Shown here one piece after another: positions 29,501 through 44,500 of a DNA stretch of 64,000 bases (positions are counted from its first letter, which is position 1; each line of letters begins with the position of its first letter). Origin of the DNA: the human T2T-CHM13v2.0 reference genome, Homo sapiens. The translations under genes were made by a program, and so were the position numbers. The stretch is taken from the NCBI RefSeq assembly GCF_009914755.1, contig NC_060940.1. One strand, given 5' to 3'. The notes beneath the pieces are model-generated. The model saw nothing but the letters and a program-made list of their open reading frames with translations, was not told the DNA's origin and ran no database searches.

Positions 29501-32500
29501 ACAGTGAGCCATTCGATTCAATTCCATGATGATTCTATTTGATTCAATTGGTTGACATTTCCATTCGATTCCATTCGATGATGATTCCCTTTGATTCCGT
29601 TCAAAGATGATTCCATTCTAGCCCATTCAATCATTCCATTCGATTCTATTCAATGATGATTCCATTCATGTCGATTTGGTGATTCCATTTGACTTCATTT
29701 GATGATGATTCCTTTCAAGTTCATTAGATGATTCCATTCGATTCCATTTGATGATGATCCCATTCGAGTCCATTCAGTGATTCCATTCGTTTCCATTCCA
29801 TGATGATTCCATTCCTTTCCATTCAATGATTCCATTCGATTCCGTTTGATGATGATTTCATTCGAGTCCATTTGATGATTCCATTTGATTCCATTCGATG
29901 ATGATTCCATTCGAGTCCATTCGATGATTCTATTCGAATCCATTTGATGATTTCTTTTGATTATATTTGGTGATGATTCCATTGGAGTCCATTCAATGAT
30001 TCCATTCTATTCCAATCGATGATGATTCCATTAGAGTCCATTTAATGATTCCATTTGATTCCAGTCTCTGATGATTACATTCGAGTCCATACGATGATTC
30101 CACTCAATTCCATATGATGATGATTCCATTTGATTCCATTCGGTGATTCCGTTCTATTCTATTCAATGGTGATTCCATTCGAGTACATTAGATGATTCCA
30201 TTCGATTCCATTCAATGATGATTCTATTTGTGTCCCTTAGATGATTCCACATGATTCCATTAGATGATGATACTATTTGAGCCCATCCAATGATTCCCTT
30301 CGATTCCATTCGATGAGGATTCCATTCGATTCAATTCATTGGTGATTCTATTCAATTCAATTCTTTGATTCCATTCCATTCCATTCGACAATGATTCCAT
30401 TCGATTTCTTTCGATGATTCCACTCGATTCCACTTGACATTGATTCCATTCGATTCCATTCAATGATTCCATTTGATTCCAGTGGATGATGATTGCCATC
30501 GATTCCATTCGATCACTCCATTCTATTCCATTTGATGATGATTACATTCGATTCCATTTGATGATTCCATCTGATTCTATTCGAGGATTCCATTTGATTC
30601 CATTCGATGATGATTCCATTCGAGTCCATTCGATGATTTCATTCGAGTACATCCAATGATTCCATTCGAGTCCATTAGATGATTCCATTTGATTCCATTT
30701 GAAAATGATTCTACTAGAGTCCATTCAATGACTCCATTCGAGTCCATTCAACAATTCCATTCGACTCCATTCGATGATTCCATTCGATTCCATTTGATGG
30801 TTCCATTCGAGTCCATTTAATCATTACAGTCGAGTCCATTTGGTGATTCCACTGGATTTCTTTTGATAATGATACCATTCAATTACATTTGATGATGATC
30901 CCATTCAATTTCATTTGATGATGATTCCATTAGAGTCCATTCGATGATTTCATTCGAGTCCCTTCATTGATTCCATCCGATTTCATTGGATGATGACTCC
31001 ATTCGAGTCCATTCGATGATTCCACTCGATTCCATTAGATGACTCCATTGGAGTCCATTTGATTGTTCCATTCGATTCCATTCGATTCCTTTCGAAGATT
31101 ATTCCATTTGAGTCCATTCGATGATGATTCCATTCCATTCCATTCGATGATTCCGTTTGATTCCATTCGATGATTCCCTTCGATTCCTTTCTTTGATGAT
31201 TCCATTCCATTCCATTCAATGATTCCATTCGAATCTATTCCATGATGATTCCTTTCGATTCCATTCGCTGATGTTTCCGTTCAATTCCATTCGATGATGA
31301 TTCCATTCGATTCCATTCATTGAGGATTCCATTTGATTCCATTCAATGATGATTCCATTCTATTCCATTCAATGATTGCATTCAATTCCATTCAGTGATT
31401 ATCCCATTAGAGTAAACTCAACGATTCCATTCAATACCATTCGATGATGATTCCTTTTGAGTCCATTCAATGATTTCATTCAAGTCCATTTGATGATTCC
31501 TTTCAATTCCATTCTATGATGATTCCATTCGAGTCCATTCGATGATTCCATTCGATTGCATTCGATGATTCCATTATATTCCATTCAACGGTGATTCCAT
31601 TCGAGTCCATTCCATGATTCCATTAGAGTACATTTAATGATTGCTTTGTTTTCAATTCGAAGATGATTACATTGGATTCCATTCTATGATACCATTCGAT
31701 TCCATTCAATGATGATTCCACTCAAATCCATTGGATGATTCCATTCGTGTCCATTCGGTGATTTCATTAGATTCCATTCGAGGATGATTCCATTCGATTC
31801 CATTCGATGATTCCATTCAATTCCATTCGATGATGATTCCATTCCAGTCCATATGATCATTCCATTTGATTTCATTCGATGATGATTCCATTCGATTCCA
31901 TTCGACGATTCCATTCTATTCCATTCGATGATGATTCCATTCGAGTCCATTCGATGATTCCATTCGAGTCCATTTAATGATTCCATTGGGTTCAATTCAA
32001 TGATGATTACATTGGATTCCGTTCTATGATTCCATTCAACTCCGTTCATTGACAATTTGATTCCATTCGATGATGATTCCATTTGAGTTCATTCGATGAT
32101 TCTATTCGATTCTCTTCGACGGTGATTCAATTCTATTATATTGGATGATTCCATTCGATTCCATTTGATGTTTATTCAATTCGATTCTATTCGATGATGA
32201 TTCCATTGGATTTCACTTGATGATTCTATTCGATTCCATTCAATGATGATTCACTTCTCGTCCATTGGATGATTCCATTTCATTCCATTCGATGATGATT
32301 CCATTCGATTCCATTCGATGATTCCTTTTGATTCCATGCGACGGTGAGCAATTCGATTCAATTCCATGATGATTCTATTTGATTCAATTAGATGATGTTT
32401 CCATTCGAATCCATTCCATGATTATTCCATTGGAATCCATTCGGCGATGATTCCATATGAGTCAATTCAATGATGATTCCATATGGGTCCGTTCGATGAT

Positions 32501-35500
32501 AATTCCATTTGATTTCATTCGATGCTTCTATTCTATTCCAGTCGATGATGATTCGGTTGGAGTCCATACGATGATTCCATTTGATTTCATTTCATGATGA
32601 TTCCATTCGATGATGATTACATTGGATTCCATTCTATGATTCCATTCAATTCCATTCGTTGATGATTCGATTCCATTCAATGATGATTCCATTTGAGTTC
32701 ATTCGATGATTCTATTCGATTCCGTTCGATGGTGATTCAATTCTATTATATTGGATGATTCCACTCGATTCCATTTGATGATTATTCCATTGGAGTCCAC
32801 TTAGTGAATCCTTTAGATTCTACTCGACGATGATTCCATTCGAGTCCATTCGATGATACCATTCAATTCCATTCGTTGATGCTTCCATTCAAGTGCATTC
32901 GATGATATCATTCGATTCCATTTGATGATAATTCCATTTGATTCCATGCGATGATTCTATTCGATTCCATTCAATGATAATTCCATTCAATTCAGTGATT
33001 CCTCTGGACTCCATTTGATGATGATTCCATTCAATGATTCCATTCGATTCTATTCGAAAATGATTCCATTTGAATCCATTTGATGATGATTCCATTAGAT
33101 TCCATTTGATGATTCCATTCGATTCCATTCGACGATGATTCCATTCGATTCCGTTTGATGATTCCATTCTATTCTATTCGATGATGATTCCATTCGATTC
33201 CATTCGATGATGATTGGATTCGATTCCATTGGATGATTTCATTTGATTCCATTCGTTAATGATTTCGATCAATTCCATTCGATGATTCCATTCGATTCCA
33301 TTCGATAATGATTACATCCGAGTCCATTCGATGATTCCCTTTGAGCCTGTTCGATAATTCCATTTGAGTCCAACCAATGATTCCATTCATTTCCATTCAA
33401 TGATTCCATTCGAGTCCATTTGATCATTCCGGTAGGGTCCATTCGATGTTGATTCCATTGGAGTGCATTCGATGATTCCATTCGAGTCCATTTTAGGATT
33501 TGATTCGAGTCCTTTCGATGATTCCATTCGATTCCACTCGATGATGATTTCATTCGAGTCCATTCGACACTTCCAATCGATTCCATTTGATGATTCCATT
33601 CGAGTCCAATTGATGATTCCATTCAATTCCATTCGATGATGATTCCGTACGATTCCATTCTGTGATGATTCCATGTGATTGCATTCAATGATGATTCCTT
33701 TCGATTGCATTCGATTATGATTCATTTCGTGTTCATTCTATGGTTCCACAGGTTTCCATTCGTGTCCATTCCATTATTCCATTCTATTCCATTTGATGAT
33801 GATTCCATTCGATTCCATTCATTGGTGATTCCACTCAATTCCATTCAATGATTCCATTCCATTTCTTTCAACAATGATTCCATTACTTTCTAATCGATGA
33901 TCCACTTGATTCCATTTGACGACGATTCCATTCTTGTCCATTCGATGATTCCATTTGATTCCATATGATGATGATTCCATTCGATTCCATACGATGATGA
34001 TTCCATTCGAGTCCATTCAATGGTGATTCCATTCAATTCCATTCGATGATTCCTTTCGATTCCATTCGATGATGATGGCATTCGATTCCTTTCAATCATT
34101 CCCTTTGATTCCATTCCAAGGTGATTTCATTCAAGTCCATTCGATAATTGCATTCGATTCCATTCTATGATGATTCCATTCGAGTCCATTTGATGATTCC
34201 ATTCAATTCAAGTCAATGATGATTCCATTCGATTCCATTCGATGATTCCATTGGATTCCATTCGATGATGATTCCATTCAAATCCATTCGATAATTCAAT
34301 TCAAGTCCATTCGATGATGATTCCAATCGAATCCATTCAAAGATTCCATTCAGTTCCATTCGATGATTCCCTTAGATTCCATTCGATGATTCCACTTGAT
34401 TGCATTTACGATGATTCCATTCGATTCCATGTGATGATTCCATTCAATTCTATTCAATGATGTCTCCATTTGATTCCATTCGACCATGATTGCCTTTGAT
34501 TCCATTCAATGATTCCATTCGGTTCCGTTTGATGATGATTCCGTTCGATTCCATTTGATGATTCCATTTGATTCCATTGGATGAGTCCATTCGATTACAT
34601 TCGATGATTATTCCATTCGAGTGCATTAGATGATTCCATTCGAGTCCATTCGATGATTCCATTCGATTCCATTCGATGTTGATTCTGTTCAAATCCATTC
34701 GATGATTCCACTCGATTCCATTCGTTGACTCCATTTGATCCCATTCGATGATTTCCTTTGATTCCCTTTGATGATCATTCCATTTGATTCAATTCGGTGA
34801 TTTCATTTAATTCCATTCAGTGATGTTTCCATTCGACTCCATTCGATGATGATTCCATTCGACTCCATTCGATTATGATTTCATTCAATTCCATTCGATA
34901 ATGATTCCCTTCGAGTCCATTCGATGATTCCATTCGATTCCATTCAACGATGATTTGATTCGTGTCCATTCGATGATTCCATTTGATTCCACTTGATGAT
35001 GATTCCATTCGAGTCCATTTGATGATTCCATTCAATTCCATACTCCGATGATTTCTTTTGAGCCCACTCAATGCTTCCACTCGATTCCATATGATGATGA
35101 CTCCATTCGATGAAATTCGATGATGATTCCATTCGCTTGCTTTCGATGATGATTCCACTTGAGTCCGTTAGAAGATTCTATTCAATTACATTCCAGGACG
35201 ATTCCGTTCGAGTCCATTTGATGATTCCATTAGACTCCATTCGACGATGATTCCATTCGATGTTATTCGATGATTCCATTCGATCTAATTCGATGATGAT
35301 TCCATTCAACTCCATTCGATGTTTCCATTCGAGTTCATTCTATTATTCCATTAGATTCCATTCGATGATTATTCCATTCGATTCCATTTGATGATTGCAT
35401 TCTATTTCATTTGATGATGATTCCATTCGAGTCCACTCGATGATTCCATTCGAGTCCATTTAATGAATCCATTGGTTTCAATTCTATGATGATTACATTG

Positions 35501-38500
35501 GATTCCATTCGTTGATGATTTCATTCGGTCCCATTCAATGATGATTCCATTCAATTCCTTTCAATGTTTCCATTCAATTCCATACGATGATGATTCCATT
35601 TGATTTGATTCGACAGTGAGCCATTCGATTCAATTCCATGATGATTCTATTTGATTCAATTGGTTGACATTTCCATTCGATTCCATTCGATGATGATTCC
35701 CTTTGATTCCGTTCAAAGATGATTCCATTCTAGCCCATTCAATCATTCCATTCGATTCTATTCAATGATGATTCCATTCATGTCGATTTGGTGATTCCAT
35801 TTGACTTCATTTGATGATGATTCCTTTCAAGTTCATTAGATGATTCCATTCGATTCCATTTGATGATGATCCCATTCGAGTCCATTCAGTGATTCCATTC
35901 GTTTCTATTCCATGATGATTCCATTCCTTTCCATTCAATGATTGCATTCGATTCCGTTTGATGATGATTTCATTCGAGTCCATTTGATGATTCCATTTGA
36001 TTCCATTCGATGATGATTCCATTCGAGTCCATTCGATGATTCTATTCGAATCCATTTGATGATTTCTTTTGATTATATTTGGTGATGATTCCATTGGAGT
36101 CCATTCAATGATTCCATTCTATTCCAATCGATGATGATTCCATTAGAGTCCATTTAATGATTCCATTTGATTCCAGTCTCTGATGATTACATTCGAGTCC
36201 ATACGATGATTCCACTCAATTCCATATGATGATGATTCCATTTGATTCCATTCGGTGATTCCATTCTATTCTATTCAATGGTGATTCCATTCGAGTACAT
36301 TAGATGATTCCATTCGATTCCATTCAATGATGATTCTATTTGTGTCCCTTAGATGATTCCACATGATTCCATTAGATGATGATACTATTTGAGCCCATCC
36401 AATGATTCCCTTCGATTCCATTCGATGAGGATTCCATTCGATTCATTTCATTGGTGATTCTATTCAATTCAATTCTTTGATTCCATTCCATTCCATTCGA
36501 CAATGATTCCATTCGATTTCTTTCGATGATTCCACTCGATTCCACTTGACATTGATTCCATTCGATTCCATTCAATGATTCCATTTGATTCCAGTGGATG
36601 ATGATTGCCATCGATTCCATTCGATCACTCCATTCTATTCCATTTGATGATGATTACATTCGATTCCATTTGATGATTCCATCTGATTCTATTCGAGGAT
36701 TCCATTTGATTCCATTCGATGATGATTCCATTCGAGTCCATTCGATGATTTCATTCGAGTACATCCAATGATTCCATTCGAGTCCATTAGATGATTCCAT
36801 TTGATTCCATTTGAAAATGATTCTACTAGAGTCCATTCAATGACTCCATTCGAGTCCATTCAACAATTCCATTCGACTCCATTCGATGATTCCATTCGAT
36901 TCCATTTGATGGTTCCATTCGAGTCCATTTAATCATTACAGTCGAGTCCATTTGGTGATTCCACTGGATTTCTTTTGATAATGATACCATTCAATTACAT
37001 TTGATGATGATCCCATTCAATTTCATTTGATGATGATTCCATTAGAGTCCATTCCATGATTTCATTCGAGTCCCTTCATTGATTCCATCCGATTTCATTG
37101 GATGATGACTCCATTCGAGTCCATTCGATGATTCCACTCGATTCCATTAGATGACTCCATTGGAGTCCATTTGATTGTTCCATTCGATTCCATTCGATTC
37201 CTTTCGAAGATTATTCCATTTGAGTCCATTCGATGATGATTCCATTCCATTCCATTCGATGATTCCGTTTGATTCCATTCGATGATTCCCTTCGATTCCT
37301 TTCTTTGATGATTCCATTCCATTCCATTCAATGATTCCATTCGAATCTATTCCATGATGATTCCTTTCGATTCCATTCGCTGATGTTTCCGTTCAATTCC
37401 ATTCGATGATGATTCCATTCGATTCCATTCATTGAGGATTCCATTTGATTCCATTCAATGATGATTCCATTCTATTCCATTCAATGATTGCATTCAATTC
37501 CATTCAATGATTATCCCATTAGAGTAAACTCAACGATTCCATTCAATACCATTCGATGATGATTCCTTTTGAGTCCATTCAATGATTTCATTCAAGTCCA
37601 TTTGATGATTCCTTTCAAATCCATTCTATGATGATTCCATTCGAGTCCATTCGATGATTCCATTCGATTGCATTCGATGATTCCATTATATTCCATTCAA
37701 CGGTGATTCCATTCGAGTCCATTCCATGATTCCATTAGAGTACATTTAATGATTGCTTTGTTTTCAATTCGAAGATGATTACATTGGATTCCATTCTATG
37801 ATACCATTCGATTCCATTCAATGATGATTCCACTCAAATCCATTGGATGATTCCATTCGTGTCCATTCGGTGATTTCATTAGATTCCATTCGAGGATGAT
37901 TCCATTCGATTCCATTCGATGATTCCATTCAATTCCATTCGATGATGATTCCATTCCAGTCCATATGATCATTCCATTTGATTTCATTCGATGATGATTC
38001 CATTCGATTCCATTCGACGATTCCATTCTATTCCATTCGATGATGATTCCATTCGAGTCCATTCGATGATTCCATTCGAGTCCATTTAATGATTCCATTG
38101 GGTTCAATTCGATGATGATTACATTGGATTCCGTTCTATGATTCCATTCAATTCCGTTCATTGACAATTTGATTCCATTCGATGATGATTCCATTTGAGT
38201 TCATTCGATGATTCTATTCGATTCTCTTCGATGGTGATTCAATTCTATTATATTGGATGATTCCATTCGATTCCATTTGATGTTGATTCAATTCGATTCT
38301 ATTCGATGATGATTCCATTGGATTTCACTTGATGATTCTATTCGATTCCATTCAATGATGATTCACTTCTCGTCCATTGGATGATTCCATTTCATTCCAT
38401 TCGATGATGATTCCATTCGATTCCATTCGATGATTCCATTTGATTCCATGCGACGGTGAGCAATTCGATTCAATTCCATGATGATTCTATTTGATTCAAT

Positions 38501-41500
38501 TAGATGATGTTTCCATTCGAATCCATTCCATGATTATTCCATTGGAATCCATTCGGCGATGATTCCATATGAGTCAATTCAATGATGATTCCATATGGGT
38601 CCGTTCGATGATAATTCCATTTGATTTCATTCGATGCTTCTATTCTATTCCAGTCGATGATGATTCCGTTGGAGTCCATACGATGATTCCATTTGATTTC
38701 ATTTGATGATGATTCCATTCGATGAGGATTACATTGGATTCCATTCTATGATTCCATTCAATTCCATTCGTTGATGATTCGATTCCATTCAATGATGATT
38801 CCATTTGAGTTCATTCGATGATTCTATTCGATTCCGTTCGATGGTGATTCAATTCTATTATATTGGATGATTCCACTCGATTCCATTTGATGATTATTCC
38901 ATTGGAGTCCACTTAGTGAATCCTTTAGATTCTACTCGACGATGATTCCATTCGAGTCCATTCGATGATACCATTCAATTCCATTCGTTGATGCTTCCAT
39001 TCAAGTGCATTCGATGATATCATTCGATTCCATTTGATGATAATTCCATTTGATTCCATGCGATGATTCTATTCGATTCCATTCAATGATAATTCCATTC
39101 AATTCAGTGATTCCTCTGGACTCCATTTGATGATGATTCCATTCAATGATTCCATTCGATTCTATTCGAAAATGATTCCATTTGAATCCATTTGATGATG
39201 ATTCCATTAGATTCCATTTGATGATTCCATTCGATTCCATTCGACGATGATTCCATTCGATTCCGTTTGATGATTCCATTCTATTCTATTCGATGATGAT
39301 TCCATTCGATTCCATTCGATGATGATTGGATTCGATTCCATTTGATGATTTCATTTGATTCCATTCGTTAATGATTTCGATCAATTCCATTCGATGATTC
39401 CATTCGATTCCATTCGATAATGATTACATCCGAGTCCATTCGATGATTCCCTTTGAGCCTGTTCGATAATTCCATTTGAGTCCAACCAATGATTCCATTC
39501 ATTTCCATTCAATGATTCCATTCGAGTCCATTTGATCATTCCGGTAGGGTCCATTCGATGTTGATTCCATTGGAGTGCATTCGATGATTCCATTCGAGTC
39601 CATTTTAGGATTTGATTCGAGTCCTTTCGATGATTCCATTCGATTCCACTCGATGATGATTTCATTCGAGTCCATTCGACACTTCCAATCGATTCCATTT
39701 GATGATTCCATTCGAGTCCAATTGATGATTCCATTCAATTCCATTCGATGATGATTCCATACGATTCCATTCTGTGATGATTCCATGTGATTGCATTCAA
39801 TGATGATTCCTTTCGATTGCATTCGATTATGATTCATTTCGTGTTCATTCTATGGTTCCACAGGTTTCCATTCGTGTCCATTCCATTATTCCATTCTATT
39901 CCATTTGATGATGATTCCATTCGATTCCATTCATTGGTGATTCCACTCAATTCCATTCAATGATTCCATTCCATTTCTTTCAACAATGATTCCATTAGTT
40001 TCTAATCGATGATCCACTTGATTCCATTTGACGACGATTCCATTCTTGTCCATTCGATGATTCCATTTGATTCCATATGATGATGATTCCATTCGATTCC
40101 ATACCATGATGATTCCATTCGAGTCCATTCAATGGTGATTCCATTCAATTCCATTCGATGATTCCTTTTGATTCCATTCGATGATGATGGCATTCGATTC
40201 CTTTCAATCATTCCCTTTGATTCCATTCAAAGGTGATTTCATTCAAGTCCATTCGATAATTGCATTCGATTCCATTCTATGATGATTCCATTCGAGTCCA
40301 TTTGATGATTCCATTCAATTCAAGTCAATGATGATTCCATTCGATTCCATTCGATGATTCCATTGGATTCCATTCGATGATGATTCCATTCAAATCCATT
40401 CGATAATTCAATTCAAGTCCATTCGATGATGATTCCAATCGAATCCATTCAAAGATTCCATTCAGTTCCATTCGATGATTCCCTTAGATTCCATTCGATG
40501 ATTCCACTTGATTGCATTTACGATGATTCCATTCGATTCCATGTGATGATTCCATTCAATTCTATTCAATGATGTCTCCATTTGATTCCATTCGACCATG
40601 ATTGCCTTTGATTCCATTCAATGATTCCATTCGGTTCCGTTTGATGATGATTCCGTTCGATTCCATTTGATGATTCCATTTGATTCCATTGGATGAGTCC
40701 ATTCGATTACATTCGATGATTATTCCATTCGAGTGCATTAGATGATTCCATTCGAGTCCATTCGATGATTCCATTCGATTCCATTCGATGTTGATTCTGT
40801 TCAAATCCATTCGATGATTCCACTCGATTCCATTCGTTGACTCCATTTGATCCCATTCGATGATTTCCTTTGATTCCCTTTGATGATCATTCCGTTTGAT
40901 TCAATTCGGTGATTTCATTGGATTCCATTCAGTGATGTTTCCATTCGACTCCATTCGATGATGATTCCATTCGACTCCATTCGATTATGATTTCATTCAA
41001 TTCCATTCGATAATGATTCCCTTCGAGTCCATTCGATGATTCCATTCGATTCCATTCAACGATGATTTGATTCGTGTCCATTCGATGATTCCATTTGATT
41101 CCACTTGATGATGATTCCATTCGAGTCCATTTGATGATTCCATTCAATTCCATACTCCGATGATTTCTTTTGAGCCCACTCAATGCTTCCACTCGATTCC
41201 ATATGATGATGACTCCATTCGATGAAATTCGATGATGATTCCATTCGCTTGCTTTCGATGATGATTCCACTTGAGTCCGTTAGAAGATTCTATTCAATTA
41301 CATTCCAGGACGATTCCGTTCGAGTCCATTTGATGATTCCATTAGACTCCATTCGACGATGATTCCATTCGATGTTATTCGATGATTCCATTCGATCTCA
41401 TTCGATGATGATTCCATTCAACTCCATTCGATGTTTCCATTCGAGTTCATTCTATTATTCCATTAGATTCCATTCGATGATGATTCCATTCGATTCCATT

Positions 41501-44500
41501 TGATGATTGCATTCTATTTCATTTGATGATGATTCCATTCGAGTCCACTCGATGATTCCATTCGAGTCCATTTAATGAATCCATTGGTTTCAATTCTATG
41601 ATGATTACATTGGATTCCATTCGTTGATGATTTCATTCGGTTCCATTCAATGATGATTCCATTCAATTCCTTTCAATGTTTCCATTCAATTCCATACGAT
41701 GATGATTCCATTTGATTTGATTCGACAGTGAGCCATTCGATTCAATTCCATGATGATTCTATTTGATTCAATTGGTTGACATTTCCATTCGATTCCATTC
41801 GATGATGATTCCCTTTGATTCCGTTCAAAGATGATTCCATTCTAGCCCATTCAATCATTCCATTCGATTCTATTCAATGATGATTCCATTCATGTCGATT
41901 TGGTGATTCCATTTGACTTCATTTGATGATGATTCCTTTCAAGTTCATTAGATGATTCCATTCGATTCCATTTGATGATGATCCCATTCGAGTCCATTCA
42001 GTGATTCCATTCGTTTCTATTCCATGATGATTCCATTCCTTTCCATTCAATGATTCCATTCGATTCCGTTTGATGATGATTTCATTCGAGTCCATTTGAT
42101 GATTCCATTTGATTCCATTCGATGATGATTCCATTCGAGTCCATTCGATGATTCTATTCGAATCCATTTGATGATTTCTTTTGATTATATTTGGTGATGA
42201 TTCCATTGGAGTCCATTCAATGATTCCATTCTATTCCAATCGATGATGATTCCATTAGAGTCCATTTAATGATTCCATTTGATTCCAGTCTCTGATGATT
42301 ACATTCGAGTCCATACGATGATTCCACTCAATTCCATATGATGATGATTCCATTTGATTCCATTCGGTGATTCCATTCTATTCTATTCAATGGTGATTCC
42401 ATTCGAGTACATTAGATGATTCCATTCGATTCCATTCAATGATGATTCTATTTGTGTCCCTTAGATGATTCCACATGATTCCATTAGATGATGATACTAT
42501 TTGAGCCCATCCAATGATTCCCTTCGATTCCATTCGATGAGGATTCCATTCGATTCAATTCATTGGTGATTCTATTCAATTCAATTCTTTGATTCCATTC
42601 CATTCCATTCGACAATGATTCCATTCGATTTCTTTCGATGATTCCACTCGATTCCACTTGATATTGATTCCATTCGATTCCATTCAATGATTCCATTTGA
42701 TTCCAGTGGATGATGATTGCCATCGATTCCATTCGATCACTCCATTCTATTCCATTTGATGATGATTACATTCGATTCCATTTGATGATTCCATCTGATT
42801 CTATTCGAGGATTCCATTTGATTCCATTCGATGATGATTCCATTCGAGTCCATTCGATGATTTCATTCGAGTACATCCAATGATTCCATTCGAGTCCATT
42901 AGATGATTCCATTTGATTCCATTTGAAAATGATTCTACTAGAGTCCATTCAATGACTCCATTCGAGTCCATTCAACAATTCCATTCGACTCCATTCGATG
43001 ATTCCATTCGATTCCATTTGATGGTTCCATTCGAGTCCATTTAATCATTACAGTCGAGTCCATTTGGTGATTCCACTGGATTTCTTTTGATAATGATACC
43101 ATTCAATTACATTTGATGATGATCCCATTCAATTTCATTTGATGATGATTCCATTAGAGTCCATTCGATGATTTCATTCGAGTCCCTTCATTGATTCCAT
43201 CCGATTTCATTGGATGATGACTCCATTCGAGTCCATTCGATGATTCCACTCGATTCCATTAGATGACTCCATTGGAGTCCATTTGATTGTTCCATTCGAT
43301 TCCATTCGATTCCTTTCGAAGATTATTCCATTTGAGTCCATTCGATGATGATTCCATTCCATTCCATTCGATGATTCCGTTTGATTCCATTCGATGATTC
43401 CCTTCGATTCCTTTCTTTGATGATTCCATTCCATTCCATTCAATGATTCCATTCGAATCTATTCCATGATGATTCCTTTCGATTCCATTCGCTGATGTTT
43501 CCGTTCAATTCCATTCGATGATGATTCCATTCGATTCCATTCATTGAGGATTCCATTTGATTCCATTCAATGATGATTCCATTCTATTCCATTCAATGAT
43601 TGCATTCAATTCCATTCAATGATTATCCCATTAGAGTAAACTCAACGATTCCATTCAATACCATTCGATGATGATTCCTTTTGAGTCCATTCAATGATTT
43701 CATTCAAGTCCATTTGATGATTCCTTTCAATTCCATTCTATGATGATTCCATTCGAGTCCATTCGATGATTCCATTCGATTGCATTCCATGATTCCATTA
43801 TATTCCATTCAACGGTGATTCCATTCGAGTCCATTCCATGATTCCATTAGAGTACATTTAATGATTGCTTTGTTTTCAATTCGAAGATGATTACATTGGA
43901 TTCCATTCTATGATACCATTCGATTCCATTCAATGATGATTCCACTCAAATCCATTGGATGATTCCATTCGTGTCCATTCGGTGATTTCATTAGATTCCA
44001 TTCGAGGATGATTCCATTCGATTCCATTCGATGATTCCATTCAATTCCATTCGATGATGATTCCATTCCAGTCCATATGATCATTCCATTTGATTTCATT
44101 CGATGATGATTCCATTCGATTCCATTCGACGATTCCATTCTATTCCATTCGATGATGATTCCATTCGAGTCCATTCGATGATTCCATTCGAGTCCATTTA
44201 ATGATTCCATTGGGTTCAATTCAATGATGATTACATTGGATTCCGTTCTATGATTCCATTCAATTCCGTTCATTGACAATTTGATTCCATTCGATGATGA
44301 TTCCATTTGAGTTCATTCGATGATTCTATTCGATTCTCTTCGATGGTGATTCAATTCTATTATATTGGATGATTCCATTCGATTCCATTTGATGTTGATT
44401 CAATTCGATTCTATTCGATGATGATTCCATTGGATTTCACTTGATGATTCTATTCGATTCCATTCAATGATGATTCACTTCTCGTCCATTGGATGATTCC